A stretch of 64,000 bases of DNA from Octopus sinensis (GCF_006345805.1 NC_042998.1:41478001-41542000), one strand, 5' to 3'. Counted from the stretch's first letter, positions 1 to 13,481 are shown. Translations and numbers: made by a program. The notes: generated by a model not told the origin, from the sequence alone.

Positions 1-1649
1 AAATGAATTAACAATCCAATTATCAGTAAAAACAAGAGGCCCTCTTAAAATATGGTTCAACCGCTCCAAACTTTTGTTAACTTTCCTATCTATCTCCTTC
101 GCTTCTCCCTAGTGCCTAAATGACAAGGAAAAACACTAACCTTTAGCCAATGACAGAACTTCTATCTAGCATTTCACCCTGCCATCTTGAAAATGAAAGG
201 ATACATTAATGTTGCCCCTAACATATTAAAAGATGTGATAGACCTGACCAGATATTACATTTTTAATGATAGTCTGCTTAATCAGAACTGAACAAGGGTT
301 AAACAATAAAATCTTAATGCCAATCTACAGTGAATAAAGTAACAAGTGATGCTGTTTGTAACTGCTTCTTACATTTGATACGGTTTTTAATTCACCTAAA
401 TTACTAATGCACCTTATACTTTCGATTATTGTATTGACCATATAGAACATAATTTGTATGTTGCCACTTCCTACCTTACGGTAGCTGCCTTCCTGATAGT
501 AGGAGACAGAATTCAGTCCGCTAAACACTTTACTTCAATATTTCTTGTAACCGGTTTCAAACTATTGTCAATGCTGAATTGATAATAAAAATCAGGTCAG
601 CTTCAAATAGAAGTTCCCTTATACAACCATCTCTTAAAAGCATTCTATAGGATTGTATGGGAAAAACGAAAGGTTTATGTTACAAGTCATTGGTAAATAT
701 CTGTGCCACATAATTTATATAATTCACCACTATCATAAATTTATATTTTTAAGATATACAACTAAATGATATATAAGCTGTGGAAGCATGAAAATGAATG
801 CCAAATTGTGTGGGCAGAGTGAAGATTTGTAATGTTAACCAAATATATTTTGATAGCTGCACTTCATTAATGCATTGGATAGGTGGAGGGAACAAAATCT
901 GACATTGAATTTCTTCTGCATAAATATACAACACTTTCTTTCAAACTAGTCAGAGAGACCTTTTATGCGAGTTGGCCTATCTTCTGATGTAGCAATTATT
1001 TCTTTCTTCAAATGAATATATCACTGTCTTATTCAAAATAAGATAGCCGTGACTAGAAAACAAATCAGGAAACACAAATTAGCCTAACTCTTCTGCATTA
1101 AAGCTTGAGGAATCATTTTTACCAGATAGAAAAGGGACGTGCTATTATTTAAAATTCTGTGAAAATATCTAAAGCTTTACAGGTAAAGAAGTGTGTGTGT
1201 GTATGCATGCATGTGCATACATGTATGTTTATGAAGAAATTAGGCCTGTCTTCTATCTAGCAGAAAAATGGCAAACTGGTGAATCAACCCAGTTGTCTTA
1301 GGATTATTATTTATGAAAAGAACACTGAGGCCAATCAACAACCTTATCTTCTGAGTCAGACTGGTATCCAGTGTGAGATCATATACACCTTCCCTACTAA
1401 ACACACACCTGTTAAGTGTTTGTCAATAATTTTCATTCACAAAACAATTCATTTGTTTTCAGGATTTCTATATGTTTAAATGTTTTATTTGTATTTTAGT
1501 TTATTTTATTGATCTAACAAGTGCAATGTTAAGGCAACTTCTGCAATCGATTTAATGGATGCAATTCTGGTGCAACTTCAATGCAATTACAAAAGAAAAA
1601 AATACTTAACTAAATTATATCAATTTTCATTTTGGTTTTCATTGAAATT

Positions 1650-2140
1650 CAATTATAATTTCATTTTATTTTCTATCAGCCTTCATTTCATATCTCCACT
1701 TCTACATTGTTCCATTACACTCATGTCTCATCTCTCTATCTTACTGTCTTTTATTTCTCTGTCTTTTTCATTCCATTCCTGCCTTATTTTCCCCTCTGCC
1801 TTAATCCCTCATTTAGCACCCCCACTCCCATTCTCTATCATTTCTCACTTCCACTCATTATTTTAACTTTCCCCCCACTCTCTTTCTGTCCAAATTCCTA
1901 TCTGTTTCTTTCTCTTTTATTACCCCCATATTTTTATCTTTCACTTTTAGCCCTTCTCTTCCTTTCCCCTCTCTGTTTATCGCCTCCCCCATCGAATCAC
2001 TTCTTTTTTCATTCAATCCCCTTTTTTTTCATACACTTGTTACAAATTCTTTTGCTTTCATGTTTTTCCATCTTTCTTATCTTTCTTTATTTTTTTCCTG
2101 AGCTTTTCTCTCTGCCCAATATTCTTTCTACATACTAGGC
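1650..2140 (+). repeat. Pyrimidine-rich low-complexity tract
   Basis: C/T-dominated about 500 bp; explains the L/F/S/P-rich spurious ORFs 1555-1866 and 1707-2138. Confidence 0.85.
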
Positions 2141-5102
2141 AACTTTTTTTTGTACCTGAGTGGGGAGGGGGTCTCTGCTGAGGGTTCCTATTTGTTTCAC
2201 ATTATATCTTTCTTGTCACTTAGTAATTATCCAGTACACTATTTTACATCTTTTATTCAATTATTTTTTTTTAATATACTAATTAGCATGTTTACTGCCC
2301 TTTAACTTGACTTTAGCTTTCTGAGTACACCTGAAAAATAATAATAATCTCACTTATTTTTGCAACCAGTCATCCAGTAAGATTTCCTTGTATTAGCTTC
2401 AAATGAAAATTGTAAAAATTATAAATACTAAACTTGTCTGTAAAAAGAAAAAAAATCTCTTTGGGGAGGTTTTGTCTCTACATATACACATACACACACA
2501 TGCATGCGCACACACACTTTATTATAATCTGAATTTAATATTGTTTTCTAACTTGAAAGTTTTATTTCCTAACTACTTCTGATCACTGAAAGCTGATTAT
2601 TAGTTTATTCCTTTATAAACCACATTTCACTTCCCATATTTTCTGCTTATCTATATGTATGTTTGTGTGAGTGTGTGCTTACTCAATGACTGACTGAAGC
2701 CTTCAGAACATACTAAGATATCTGAAAGTTCTTTCAAGTCTCACACAGAGCCAGGATTGTAAACTTATACTCTGTAAAGTGTTTGTTTTGTTGCTGGAAC
2801 TATTGCCATACTCATAAATGTCAAGTTACCTCTGTAGTAGTTCTGCTCTTATCTTAACAACTCAGTGCTTTTTTATTTATCACTTTTCAGTGTAGCAAAT
2901 ATAAATATTCTTATTTTTGGTTAAAAGTTTTCACTGCATGTTCTCTTCATTCTTCATGATTGCTTCTTCATAAAGTTTTGCACTACCAAAAATTAAAAAG
3001 CCATATTTGTATGCTAATTCAATGTCAGTGTTTTTACTCTATTATTAATTCATCACCAGAAAAATATTAGTTGTATCTCTGCTGATATCATATGTCTTGA
3101 AATGTAATTAAAGAGTGAAATTTTGTTTTGAATATATTTCTTAATGTCAGAATGTCTCAGTGTTTATGGAGAGGATCATTCAATAAATTGGTCTTTTTAT
3201 CTAATTGGTTGATAAAATCTTCATGTAGTAATGCCAATTCTTAAGCTAAAGTTTTCCTTCTCTTGACTGCTAAATTAAAATGAAGAATGCATCTGTGTTC
3301 GTGCTATGAATAAATTACAGATTTTGATCCTAGTTAGCTATGAGGATTTCACATCAGTCATTTGTTCATTGTCTCCTTTTGAAATTAGGCTAACTGAGAT
3401 ACAACTGTAAGAATCCTACTGAGACAGCAGGAATTATAGTCTTGAGGTTAGTACTCCCAAAAGCGAGAGTCTTTCTTTTGAGTATTAACCTCATGTTTAA
3501 TATGTTAATTTCGATCAGGTTAAGTTGATGCAACTCTGCTCAATATGAATGAGATTATAATTTTGTCATAAGTAATATGAAAATGAAAGTGAGTTGATAA
3601 AAGGAAGAGACTTCATTTTATTGGCTTCTCCCATTTCTCTCATTAGATTTCTCCCTTTCACCTTGCCTCTGATATAAAGTGTAATGGTAAACAATATTGG
3701 CTTTTATGAAATGTAGCAATAAAATTATTTTACAGTTTCTAAAAATTAGTCTATTTCAAAACTAATATTCTGTTCCTAAGTTACTAATAACTTTTCTAAA
3801 AGCAGTTATTACCTGAAGTGTTATTGAAAGCCATATATAGGCTTTTTATATTTGGAAACACTGTAGTAACAATGTTGCTTTTACTGTCATGAGTTATATA
3901 GTAAAGCTAGATAACTAGTGCCAGCTTTCTCAACTGTCTGTTATACCATTGGACGGGCAAGCAACATCAGAACTAGCTCTTCCCTCACTGTTTTCATTAA
4001 TTCTTATTCCAGTTCGGCAATAGCAGTGTGTACCCAGCCCACTAAATGGATTTTACGCTCTAGCATACTTTTTCTTGAAGTGCTATATTATATACATTCA
4101 TAACAAAGTATCATTTTCACTTTTTGAATTTTTATACATTTTCTTCATGTTTCCAAGTTTTTTGAAAACTTTTTCATTTGTCACTTTTTTCTTTAGGAAC
4201 TCTGAAATACTATTCTATTTAACTTTGCTTTAAAAAAAAACATTCCCAACATAATACATTTTTATTTGCAATGAAAAATAGTTACTGGCAACATGATAGC
4301 ATTATTTTTAGATTCATGTTATATTATACCTGGAATAAACTTTTAGATACCACTCTTAAGTTTTATTCAACTAATCTCCTATATATGTTACTTTCAAATG
4401 ATAATTGACGGAAATAGATGTCTTACTCCTTCCTCATCACAGTGATTGTTTAGGATAAATATATTACCATTAATTAAATTGAGTGTTCGGTTTTTGTTTT
4501 ACATTTATTTTGCTATGCTAATATTTTTTTTGTTTACTTTTTTATGTCCTAATTTTACAATTTTCATATTGTTGGAATGATAGAAGAAAATGTTTACTTT
4601 GCTAATTATTTAGTCACTGTTGCCATAAATATATCATCTAGTTGCCTATGTATATTTTGAACTCTTTAAAATTTGCATTAGTATACTTGTTAATTTAAAA
4701 TTAAGACACTATCTATAACCAAAGTCAACTTGAAAGTAAGGAAAAAGAAAATTATATTTACAGATATAAATTATATTTACTGTCTTGTAGCTGTCATTAT
4801 AAATTATCAACAGAAACAACAGCCAATAAAACTCGACCATAACTATTATGTTTCATACATGTTTCTTTATAAATCAAGATGCAAAGATTAATTCATTTCA
4901 AAAATTATCATCACATATATTTGATTTTATCACAGCAATGTTGTACGAAAATAGCCAGTTTATATTAAGTGTTTAAAATTAATTTTTCCATTTGATTTAC
5001 TAATTTTTTAATAAATAAAATAATTCATAAAATATAATTTATTTCCTGTGTAAAACTTAATTTTACAAAAATTTATATTCCTCATATTTTGACCTTTAAC
5101 AG

Positions 5103-5237
5103 AAAATGACTGTGTTCCATGAAGCAATGGATTATTTGAATGAACAACTCCAGGAATCTGAGGATGAGAGGTCCAAGTGGCAACATGTTGGTGATGTGAT
5201 TATTGAGAACCTACAAGAAGAAATAGACTTGACGAAA
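5103..5237 (+). CDS. DMD: Dystrophin exon (3' part of human exon 59 equivalent), spectrin repeat 24
   Basis: ttttgacctttaacag|AAAATG...ACGAAA|gtgagt; 135 nt, phase 0-0; KMTVFHEAMDYLNEQLQESEDERSKWQHVGDVIIENLQEEIDLTK aligns without gaps to human ...GSWQPVGDLLIDSLQDHLEKVK (recalled). Confidence 0.95.
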
Positions 5238-7057
5238 GTGAGTACACATGTTTTTCTAAGATTATGGTGTGTCATTATTCCTTCAGTTATCTGACTATGG
5301 ATAAAGTTACATGAAAAATAGATTTTAGTTCCTAACTAACAGAGAATACAAATCTGAGCCACAGCTACACTATATTTTGCATGCTTTAGTGTTTATGCTC
5401 ACCACCTGATTTAGTGCATACACTCTTTATTGATGTATTTTCAGCTATTTTTCTGCTGTCCCTTCAATTCAAATATTTCCAACACACATCCCTTTATTTC
5501 TATCAACTTTCATAAATTGCCCTAACAACTTTTGATCTTTGTGAAAAATAAGTCTTAATAGATCATTGAAGTAATTAGTTCAGTCAATTTGTTGATATTT
5601 GCTTTTTTGATTACTGCACCATAGATAGATGGCATAGCCAAATTGTTGAGAACTTTGAGGCCCCATGTTTGATCCCACTGTGCAGCACTTTGGGCAAGTG
5701 TCTACAACTATATTTCACTTTTGTAGTTGTAGACTATGTGGAAGCTTGTCAGATGGACGGCATCTGTAATTCAAAGGAAATGCTTTATCACACGCAGTGC
5801 CATGCAGACTCTGCTTGAGTATTACTGTTAAGAGTATAAACATCTGTGGAATAGACTGTACACAATAATTCAATGATTGGATATCTCTTTTGGTTGATCA
5901 ACTGGAATGGTCTTCATGGAAACAGATTTGAAACCCATTCACTGTATTACAGTAATTCTTAAATGTAAACCATGTCTATTTCAGTTTCATACTCAGTGTT
6001 TAATAAGGTCTTCTATAATTAAATATTATTCCTTTACAGTATTATTTTATAGCTTGGTTTAACCCAAGAACTTTATTTATTCAGGTGATAATTTCAAGTT
6101 GGTGAGAATATCTAAATTTATTCAATTGCTTTCTCATGATATAAACTTACAAAAACAACCTCAACAAAATGCAAGGAGCTTATCAAAGAATGACTCAAGG
6201 GAATAAATATGAAAAACTGAAACAATATTCTCCTAAAATAAGTCAGTGACTAAAATAATTTGCCTAGTTTATTATTATCTGATCTACAGATTGTTTTATA
6301 ACTGTTCTCCTGACAATACAATAGTCAGCTACCATAACTTGCACTTGTCTTGTCATAAAATGTTTCTACTTTTATATTAGTAGTAAAATATTGACAGGGA
6401 AATGAGTTGCTAATTTGCTGATATAAAAATTATTTTCTTTCAACTCTCTCTTTCTCAGCACACACCCTCACTAGTGTATCGCTGAATATCTTGATAAGAG
6501 TAGTATATAATGGTTTATACATATTACAGAAAAATTTTCTTTTCCTCATCTAAATCACATTTTTTTTTTCATAAATAGATAAATGAATAAATAAATAAAA
6601 GTAATTTAGGTTGAGAAAAATAGATTTCTTTTGTTATAGTTTTTACTGAGTTGTATTAAAAAAATTAAATTCTTTGCATCCATAAACACATATGCTTGCA
6701 CACTCATATTTTCTTTGCTAAGATAGATAAAAATCATCACCAGAAATGAGTCGATTTATTGATTGTTGAAGCAAATATTTGGCAGCTAGATGCCAAGCCT
6801 ATGACTAACCACTTTAACATGAAATAGGTGTGTAACTTGTTTGTCATCCAGGCAGACTGAATCAAGCAGTTATATGATTTGAAATAGTTGTAAATTTTAA
6901 ACCCTTGATTTTACATAATCAGTTGTCCAGCACCTTAACTTCATGACCACTTTGTTTCCCATTTGTGTATTCAGATAAGGACATAAATGCATGTGTATGC
7001 TAATGCACAAGCATATGTAAGCACACAAACTCACATACATGGATGGTTTGTGTATGC

Positions 7058-7462
7058 TCTTTTCTCTTTACTTGTTTCAGTCATTTGACTGTAGCCATGC
7101 TGGAACACCGCCTTTAGTCGAGCACATCGACCCCAGGACTTATTCTTTGTAAGCCTAGTACTTATTCTGTCGGTCCTTTTTGCCGAACCGCTAAGTTACG
7201 GGGACATAAACACACCAGCATCGGTTGTCACGCGATGTTGGGGGGACAAACATAAACACACTCACACACATATATATATATATATATTATATATATATAT
7301 ATGACGAGCTTCTTTCAGTTTCCGTCTGCCAAATCCACTCACAAGGCTTTGGTCGGCCCGAGGCTATAGTAAAAGACATTTGCCCAAGGTGCCACGCAGT
7401 AGGAATGAACCCGGAACCACGTGGTTGGTAAGCAAGCTACTTACCACACAGCCACTCATGCG
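7058..7462 (-). mobile_element. tRNA-derived CORE-type SINE with internal (TA)n (family A)
   Basis: Reverse complement of GGCGCAGGAGTGGCTGTGTGGTAAG..GGTTC..CCTTGGGCAAGTGTC.. head/CORE plus ..GGGGTCGAT..GACTGAAACAAGTAAAAGAG tail; same as 12115-12536. Confidence 0.9.
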
Positions 7463-8711
7463 TGTATGAAAGATTTGTCGTTACTAACTATACATCCAGT
7501 ATTACTGATCTATGGGTTGATTAGATAGTGTCTAAATAGATTTTCTCCTTTTGCACACTAAGTGAACAATGTTGTAGAAACCAATGGGACAAAGAATTGA
7601 GAAATTAATGGTCAACAAGCTTCACAAACCAACTACTGTCTTGCTTGTTAGTGGAACATAGAAAAGACAGGCAAGTACTGGAAGGTACACTAAAAACTTA
7701 GGGGTTCATGAAGTGGTGAAGAAACAATGATTATACTAGATATGCTTTCTGTGATATTCCAATCCGTTGAAGTTAAAAAGATAGTATTGGCTTTTGCACA
7801 AAACCATCTTGATGTCAAGAGCACAATGAATGATCTGGGTATAGCTAGAAAACATCTGTTTGACTTGTTCAACATTTCTGGAGAGACCATGGTCTCAAAA
7901 TTACCCATTCTTGTTTTTGTTGGATTGCTGCTCTCAGTGTGATATTAAGATTCACTCTAAAACCTGCCAAAATACATTCCTTTAGAATTTGAGAATGAAA
8001 TTGCATCACTGTCATTGGGTCAAGTAATGACATTGAGGGAACTTATTAGAAAAGAGCTACAGTGATAGACATCAACATTTTTAATATAGAACATATTTTT
8101 TAAGAATTTTCATGCAAGAAACTTTGTTATTAAACATAGGCTACTATCTAATAAATAGGAAGGAACAATGTGATAAGGTCATATATGATTGTGTGGTTAA
8201 AATGTGTGTGTGTCTTTTACTAAAATGCAGTTAATTTGTGATTAACTTAGAAGAAATCTGTAACCACAAATTTTGATATCAAAGTAGTTTTTTAATGAGA
8301 TATGAAAATGGCATTGGCATAAGAGATGTCAACTGATGAAGAATGTCTCAAAGATACTCTTTCTATAATTATTACTCTCCAAACATAAGGCGTCTATATT
8401 ATTGTTTGCAAAACTAAAAAGAAAATCATCTCTGTATGATACTCATTATTATAAAGAATAATGATTTACCAAATCTCTTCAGAATCACTGGTTAGCATAA
8501 GAATGACTCATGGTTTGTTGATTCTGTGTGAAGGTGGCCATAATTAACCAAAACAATGAAATTCTATAGCTGGTGGTTAATGAGTTCAGTTTGCAACCAG
8601 ACAATTTTGAGTTCAATTTAACTGCACAGAACTTTCAGCAAGTATCATAGCCTCAAATTAACCAGTACCTGTAATGATGGAAATTGAATGGAAGCTCATC
8701 ATCTATCTTAA

Positions 8712-8932
8712 CCCTTTCGTTGCCAACCCGGCTGAAACCGGCTGTGGCTCTGTAGTACAAATGTCTTGTTTTCATAAGTTTTGAATTAAAATCTTCCACC
8801 AAAACTTAGTCCCAATTTATGTTCCCAACACTAGCTTAATGATAACGAAGTTATTTTACTAAATTCTTTGTTATATTTAAAATAATTGAAAGAAACACAG
8901 AGCATCTCAAAATAAATACGGTAACAAAAAGG
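8712..8932. mobile_element. piggyBac-type MITE (TTAA TSD)
   Basis: TTAA|CCCTTTCGTTGCC ... GGTAACAAAAAGG|TTAA. Confidence 0.75.
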
Positions 8933-9059
8933 TTAAGTGTGTGTGTGTGTGTCTCACTCACTCCTCTCTCTCTCCCTCTTTCTCTCCTTCCTTCTCTCCC
9001 CTATCTCTCTCCCTCTATTTTAATGACTTGTAGGGACATCGTATTTCATTATATTATTG

Positions 9060-9394
9060 GAGACCCCTTTCGGTCATGAATGACCATGGGATTGCATCTA
9101 GAAACTTACCCTCCAAGGCACAAGTCTGGGCAAAGTTGTTTTGTTGAAAGCCAGCAGTCGCCCATGCATACCAGCCTCCCCTCTCCACACCACTGTTATC
9201 CAAGGGAAAGGCAAAGGCCGATACATCTTGGCATCAGTGATGTCACAACTCATTTCTACAGCTGAGTTAACTGGAGCAACGTGAAATAAAGTGTCTTGCT
9301 CAAGAGCACAACACACAGCCTGGTCCAGGAATTGAACTCACAACCTCACAATTGTAAGCTTGATGCTCTAACCACTGAGCCATGCGCATTCACC
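9060..9394 (-). mobile_element. tRNA-derived CORE-type SINE (family B)
   Basis: Minus-strand head GGTGAATGCGCATGGCTCAGTGGTTAGAGC..GAGTTCAATTCC (A and B boxes) followed by TGTGCTCTTGAGCAAGACACTT CORE. Confidence 0.88.
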
Positions 9395-10485
9395 ATTATA
9401 TTATATGTATATAATATACTACAAAGTATATTAAATGCTTTATAAGTCAATACTGTATTTCTATTATGTTAACAGTACTATTTAATCACTTATTAAAATC
9501 AATACTGGCTATAATTTCTATAGAAAATCTGTGGAGATAATCTTAACAAGTGACTTTCTCTGTTTCTCTCTCTTTATGTGTGTGTTTTATACACACACAC
9601 ACAAAAGTGCAGCTTTCAATTTGTATTAGTATAGAATATTCTTTGCATTAAGTTACACACTCCTAGTCACTCTGCCATCAGAAGTGCAGTCAACCAGCAA
9701 TTAACCCCTTGAAAACCTATAACATAAATTGAGATAAAAAATATAGATACAAGTACATGTATTAATACCAAAGCATTAATATCTTATAGACTGAATCATT
9801 GTCAGGTGTTCTGACATAATATCTCTTCAAGTCTAACCAGTTATATACTACAGCTTATGCACTAGGAGGGAAATTACACTTTGCCTGAATTGTAAAGGCA
9901 AAAATAAGGGATAATTCTGTCATTCCTTTATTCTTAAGGGTGGAGTAATCAATTTATAACAAGGGAGTCTCTTTGAGCACATCACTGCAATTTGCTACAA
10001 CTCCGAGCATTACCAAGTTGTGAATTCAATGACACTTCTGCTTCCCATTACACTGCATAGTTATAGAATGAAACCACACTCCAAAACTAATTCTTCAAAA
10101 CTAATGATGCTTGACAAGACTAGTGAAAGGAATAACAACAATCTCTATACCACTTAACTAATAGTTGACAGACTTGTCAAAGCACAAGAAATTCAGTCAT
10201 ACTTCAATGATTTGTGGAGCTTGTTAATGTAGCACGGTGACACAATCGTTGATGCATGGTACTGATACAGGAAGAATGTTTTAAATGACAAGTTTGACAT
10301 TTGATTATATTCAGAGGTTTTTGACACTATATACCATGACCTTCTTCATAGAGTTTTCCTTCAGTCTGGTTACTTTCAAAGTAAATGAATGCTGTTAAGT
10401 GCAGCCTTTAAGCAGCAAAAGAAAAATTGTAATATTTGTAATGTTTTCCTTTGTATATGTGTTGTTTCACACCTCTCTCTCTATC

Positions 10486-10526
<41 letters not shown>

Positions 10527-10752
10527 CTCCTGAAGGAATATAACTCTCCCACCTTCATGCAACATGCACTTCTTTAAGTTATGAGTGAAATTCTTATAAA
10601 CTGTATTTAGAAAGATTCTCTCTTTAAATCAGATGTCTATAAGGAACACAGTATATGAATCTATTCTGAAATGTTATAAAGATGATTTTACATGTGAGCT
10701 TATAATGAATGACTTTACTGAATGAACATTAAGCTATATATGTGTGTGTGTT

Positions 10753-10814
<62 letters not shown>

Positions 10815-10963
10815 TACACTAAACCTTACAGAGGAGATGACAAAGAACCGAGATATTTGCTGTACTCAGGAAGACCCATCCTTCACAACAGAAGTGTTAA
10901 TGCCACTCCCCCTGCTGAAGAGGATTGGTCTGCTAGAACCTGGTTCCACATTAAAAGCACCCA

Positions 10964-11200
10964 TTCTTATTTCTTTACTGCCCACAAGGGGCTACACACA
11001 GAGGGAACAAACAAAGACAGACAAATGGATTAAGTTGATTATGTCGACCTCAGTGCGTGACTGGTACTTATTTAATCGACGCTGAAAGGATGAAAGGCAA
11101 AGTCAACCGCGGCAGAATTTGAACTCAGAACGTAGCGGCAGATGAAATATCACTAAGCATTTTGCCCGGCATGCTAACGTTTCTGCCAGCTCGCCGCCTT
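10964..11200 (-). mobile_element. tRNA-derived SINE with Meta-type central domain, nested in an RTE 3' UTR
   Basis: Minus-strand AGGCGGCGAGCTGGCAGAAACGTTAGC..GAGTTCAAATTC..GACTTTGCCTTTCATCCTTTC..AAGTACCAG. Confidence 0.88.
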
Positions 11201-12114
11201 CATTGTGGTGCCATTTAATATCACCTGTGCCGGTGTCACATAAAAGCACCTCTGCTCGTGCCATATAAAAAGCACCCAGCATACTCTGTAAAATTGTTGG
11301 CATTAGGAAGGGTATCCAGCTATAGAAACCAAACCAAATCAGACTGGAATTTGCTGCTGCTCTCCTGCTTGCCAGCTCTGGTCAAACTGTCCAACTCATG
11401 CAAGCATGGAAAACAGACTTTAAAGTATGACGAGGATGATTGTGTGTGTGTGTTTGTGTGTGTAATAGCTTATAGATTTCAAAGATCTTGTTTTGTAACA
11501 AATGCTTAATTTCAGCTCTTTAAAGCTTTGGTTTGTGGAATGGAAATTTTTAAATCATTACATTGTCTTATAGGAAATACAACTGATAATGAATACTTTT
11601 AACCTAAGATTGAATAATTTAAATAACTACCATGTTCCCTATCAGAGCAAACTCTCATTCTGTTACTGATAATGTAGCACTGTTAAATGGACATGAAATC
11701 TGTGTGAAAATTGCAACATATCATCATTATTTGCTATCCATGTTCAATGCTGTCAGGCATAAGACAGTTGGACAGGACCCAATCAGGCCCAAAGTGATGC
11801 ATCATGCTCCAATGTCTCCTTTATCTTCGTTTTTATGACTGGGTGCTCTTCTTAATGCCAACAACTGTATTTGTGCTGGTGCCATGAAAAAACACCCACT
11901 GTATTGTGACACACAGCTTAAAAAATATAATGTAGTCTTTAAAAGAATCATTGTAAATTTAATGAACACTACCATTTTAAATGAAGAGTAGATTTCTAGT
12001 CATTAAAATTTATCCTGATTTATTTTTCACTGTGGTTGTGTGTTAGTATATATTCACACATATGTTAGTATGATCAATCATTTTATTATATTTAGTTAAA
12101 AAAAGTCAATAATA

Positions 12115-12274
12115 GGCGCAGGAGTGGCTGTGTGATAAGTAGCTTGCTTACCAACCACATGGTTCTGGGTTCAGTCCCACTGCGTGGCACCTTGGGCAAG
12201 TGTCTTCTACTATAGCCTCGGGCCGACCAAAGCCTTGTGAGTGGATTTGGTAGACGAAAACTGAAAGAAGCCTG

Positions 12275-12314
<40 letters not shown>

Positions 12315-12536
12315 ATGTATATGTGTATGTATGTTTGTGTGTCTGTGTTTGTCCGACCAACATCGCTTGACAACCAATGCTGGTGTGTTTACGTCCCCGT
12401 AACTTAGCGGTTCGGTAAAAGTGACCGATAGAATAAGTACTAGGCTTACAAAGAATAAGTCCTGGGGTCGATTTGATCGACTAAAGGCAGTGCTCTAGCA
12501 TGGCCACAGTCAAATGACTGAAACAAGTAAAAGAGT
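12115..12536 (+). mobile_element. tRNA-derived CORE-type SINE with internal (TA)n (family A), full length
   Basis: A-box-like TGGCTGTGTGATAAG, B-box-like GGTTCAGTCCC, CORE CCTTGGGCAAGTGTC, internal TA array 12277-12308; ends about 65 nt before the exon at 12603. Confidence 0.92.
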
Positions 12537-12602
12537 AAATAGGTGGAAACAGTGCTCAATATGCAAGGTTCTTAATGTCAATTTCATTTCTATTGCTTAC
12601 AG

Positions 12603-12733
12603 GCGTTCCAACAAAGAATTGCACCTCTTCAAGGACAAGTTGATAATGTTAATGACCAGGCTAACCAGCTACAAGCTTCTGAAGTGGTACTTTCCCCAAA
12701 AAACATCCAGCAACTAGAAGACTATAATACTAG
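12603..12733 (+). CDS. DMD: Dystrophin exon (human exon 60 equivalent), spectrin repeat 24
   Basis: tttctattgcttacag|GCGTTC...ACTAG|gttagt; 131 nt, phase 0-2; AFQQRIAPLQGQVDNVNDQANQLQASEVVLSPKNIQQLEDYNT(R). Confidence 0.95.
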
Positions 12734-13139
12734 GTTAGTTTTATGATTATACAGTTTGTTATAGAGAATTGTTCACATGTCTGTCCATTGTGACTGTTAA
12801 TTTCTGAAAAAAAAATATTTCAATAAAACCTTTAAAAAAAAAATTCTAATAAAATTACTGAAGTAATGACTTCATTTCTCTTCTGGGATTTAATTTCCAT
12901 AACAGGGTAAGTGTAATGCCATTATTTTTGCTGAGATATTTTACTCTTGATATACATTAAACTTTCATTACTTCAGCATTTTTGCACAGAAATACATTTG
13001 ACCAGCAAGTCAACCAATTTTATTAAAATAGTTGCTTATCTTTTTCACTGACTATTTACATCTGCTTTTTTCCAATATTAGAGCAAGTGGGATGACCATT
13101 AGAATTTTATAATCGATCAATGGAAATTGCAGATGTGTT

Positions 13140-13481
13140 ACCAGTGCCGGTGGCATGTAAGAGAACTTTCCGTTTCGCGACCGTTGCCAGCACCGCCCCG
13201 TTTCGTGTCCATTGCCAGCCTCGCCTGGCCCTCGTGCCGGTGGCACATAAAAAGCACCATCCGTTCGTGCCCGTTTGCCAGCTCTGTCTGGCACCAGTGC
13301 GGGTGGCACGTAAAAAGCACCCACTACACTCACGGAGTGGTTGGCGTTTAGGAAGGGCATCCAGCCGTAGAAACACTGCCAGATTTGACTGGGCCTGATG
13401 AAGCCTTCTGGCTTCACAGACCCCAGTAGAACCGTCCAACCCATGCTAGCATGGAAAACGGACGCTAAATGATGATGATGA
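13140..13481 (+). mobile_element. (GAT)n-tailed retroposon (RTE 3'-UTR-like) with internal tandem units
   Basis: Three GTGC.GGTGGCA.RTAA motifs, then GGAAGGGCATCCAGCCGTAGAAAC..CCATGCTAGCATGG..(GAT)n. Other copies: 10815-11440, 24068-24187, 60098-60365(-), 63165-63415, 63830-63935 and older ones. Confidence 0.85.

Noticed and set aside
1555-2138. ORFs of 103 and 143 aa rich in L/F/S; likewise the (TA)n, (CA)n and (TTA)n ORFs such as 10722-11085, 35269-35587, 38385-38699, 48615-48977
   Set aside because: Products of low-complexity DNA.
1-5102. An upstream canonical dystrophin exon (5' part of the exon-59 equivalent)
   Set aside because: No spectrin-repeat-like frame with splice sites was found; it presumably lies upstream of the window.
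9330-9394. tRNA-like A/B boxes here and at other SINE heads
   Set aside because: They continue into CORE or Meta SINE bodies with no complete cloverleaf; they are not tRNA genes.
13144-13321. Motif-spacer-motif pattern superficially like a CRISPR array, or like an HDV, twister or pistol ribozyme
   Set aside because: Eukaryotic retroposon; the spacers are homologous to each other. The required P1 partner and catalytic residues of those ribozyme classes could not be found.
13052-13444. Five overlapping ORFs of 60-130 aa; also 12148-12363, 7225-7431, 9080-9316, 11103-11509, 60032-60371
   Set aside because: All lie within GC-richer SINE or retroposon copies, where stop codons are rarer; they are not genes.
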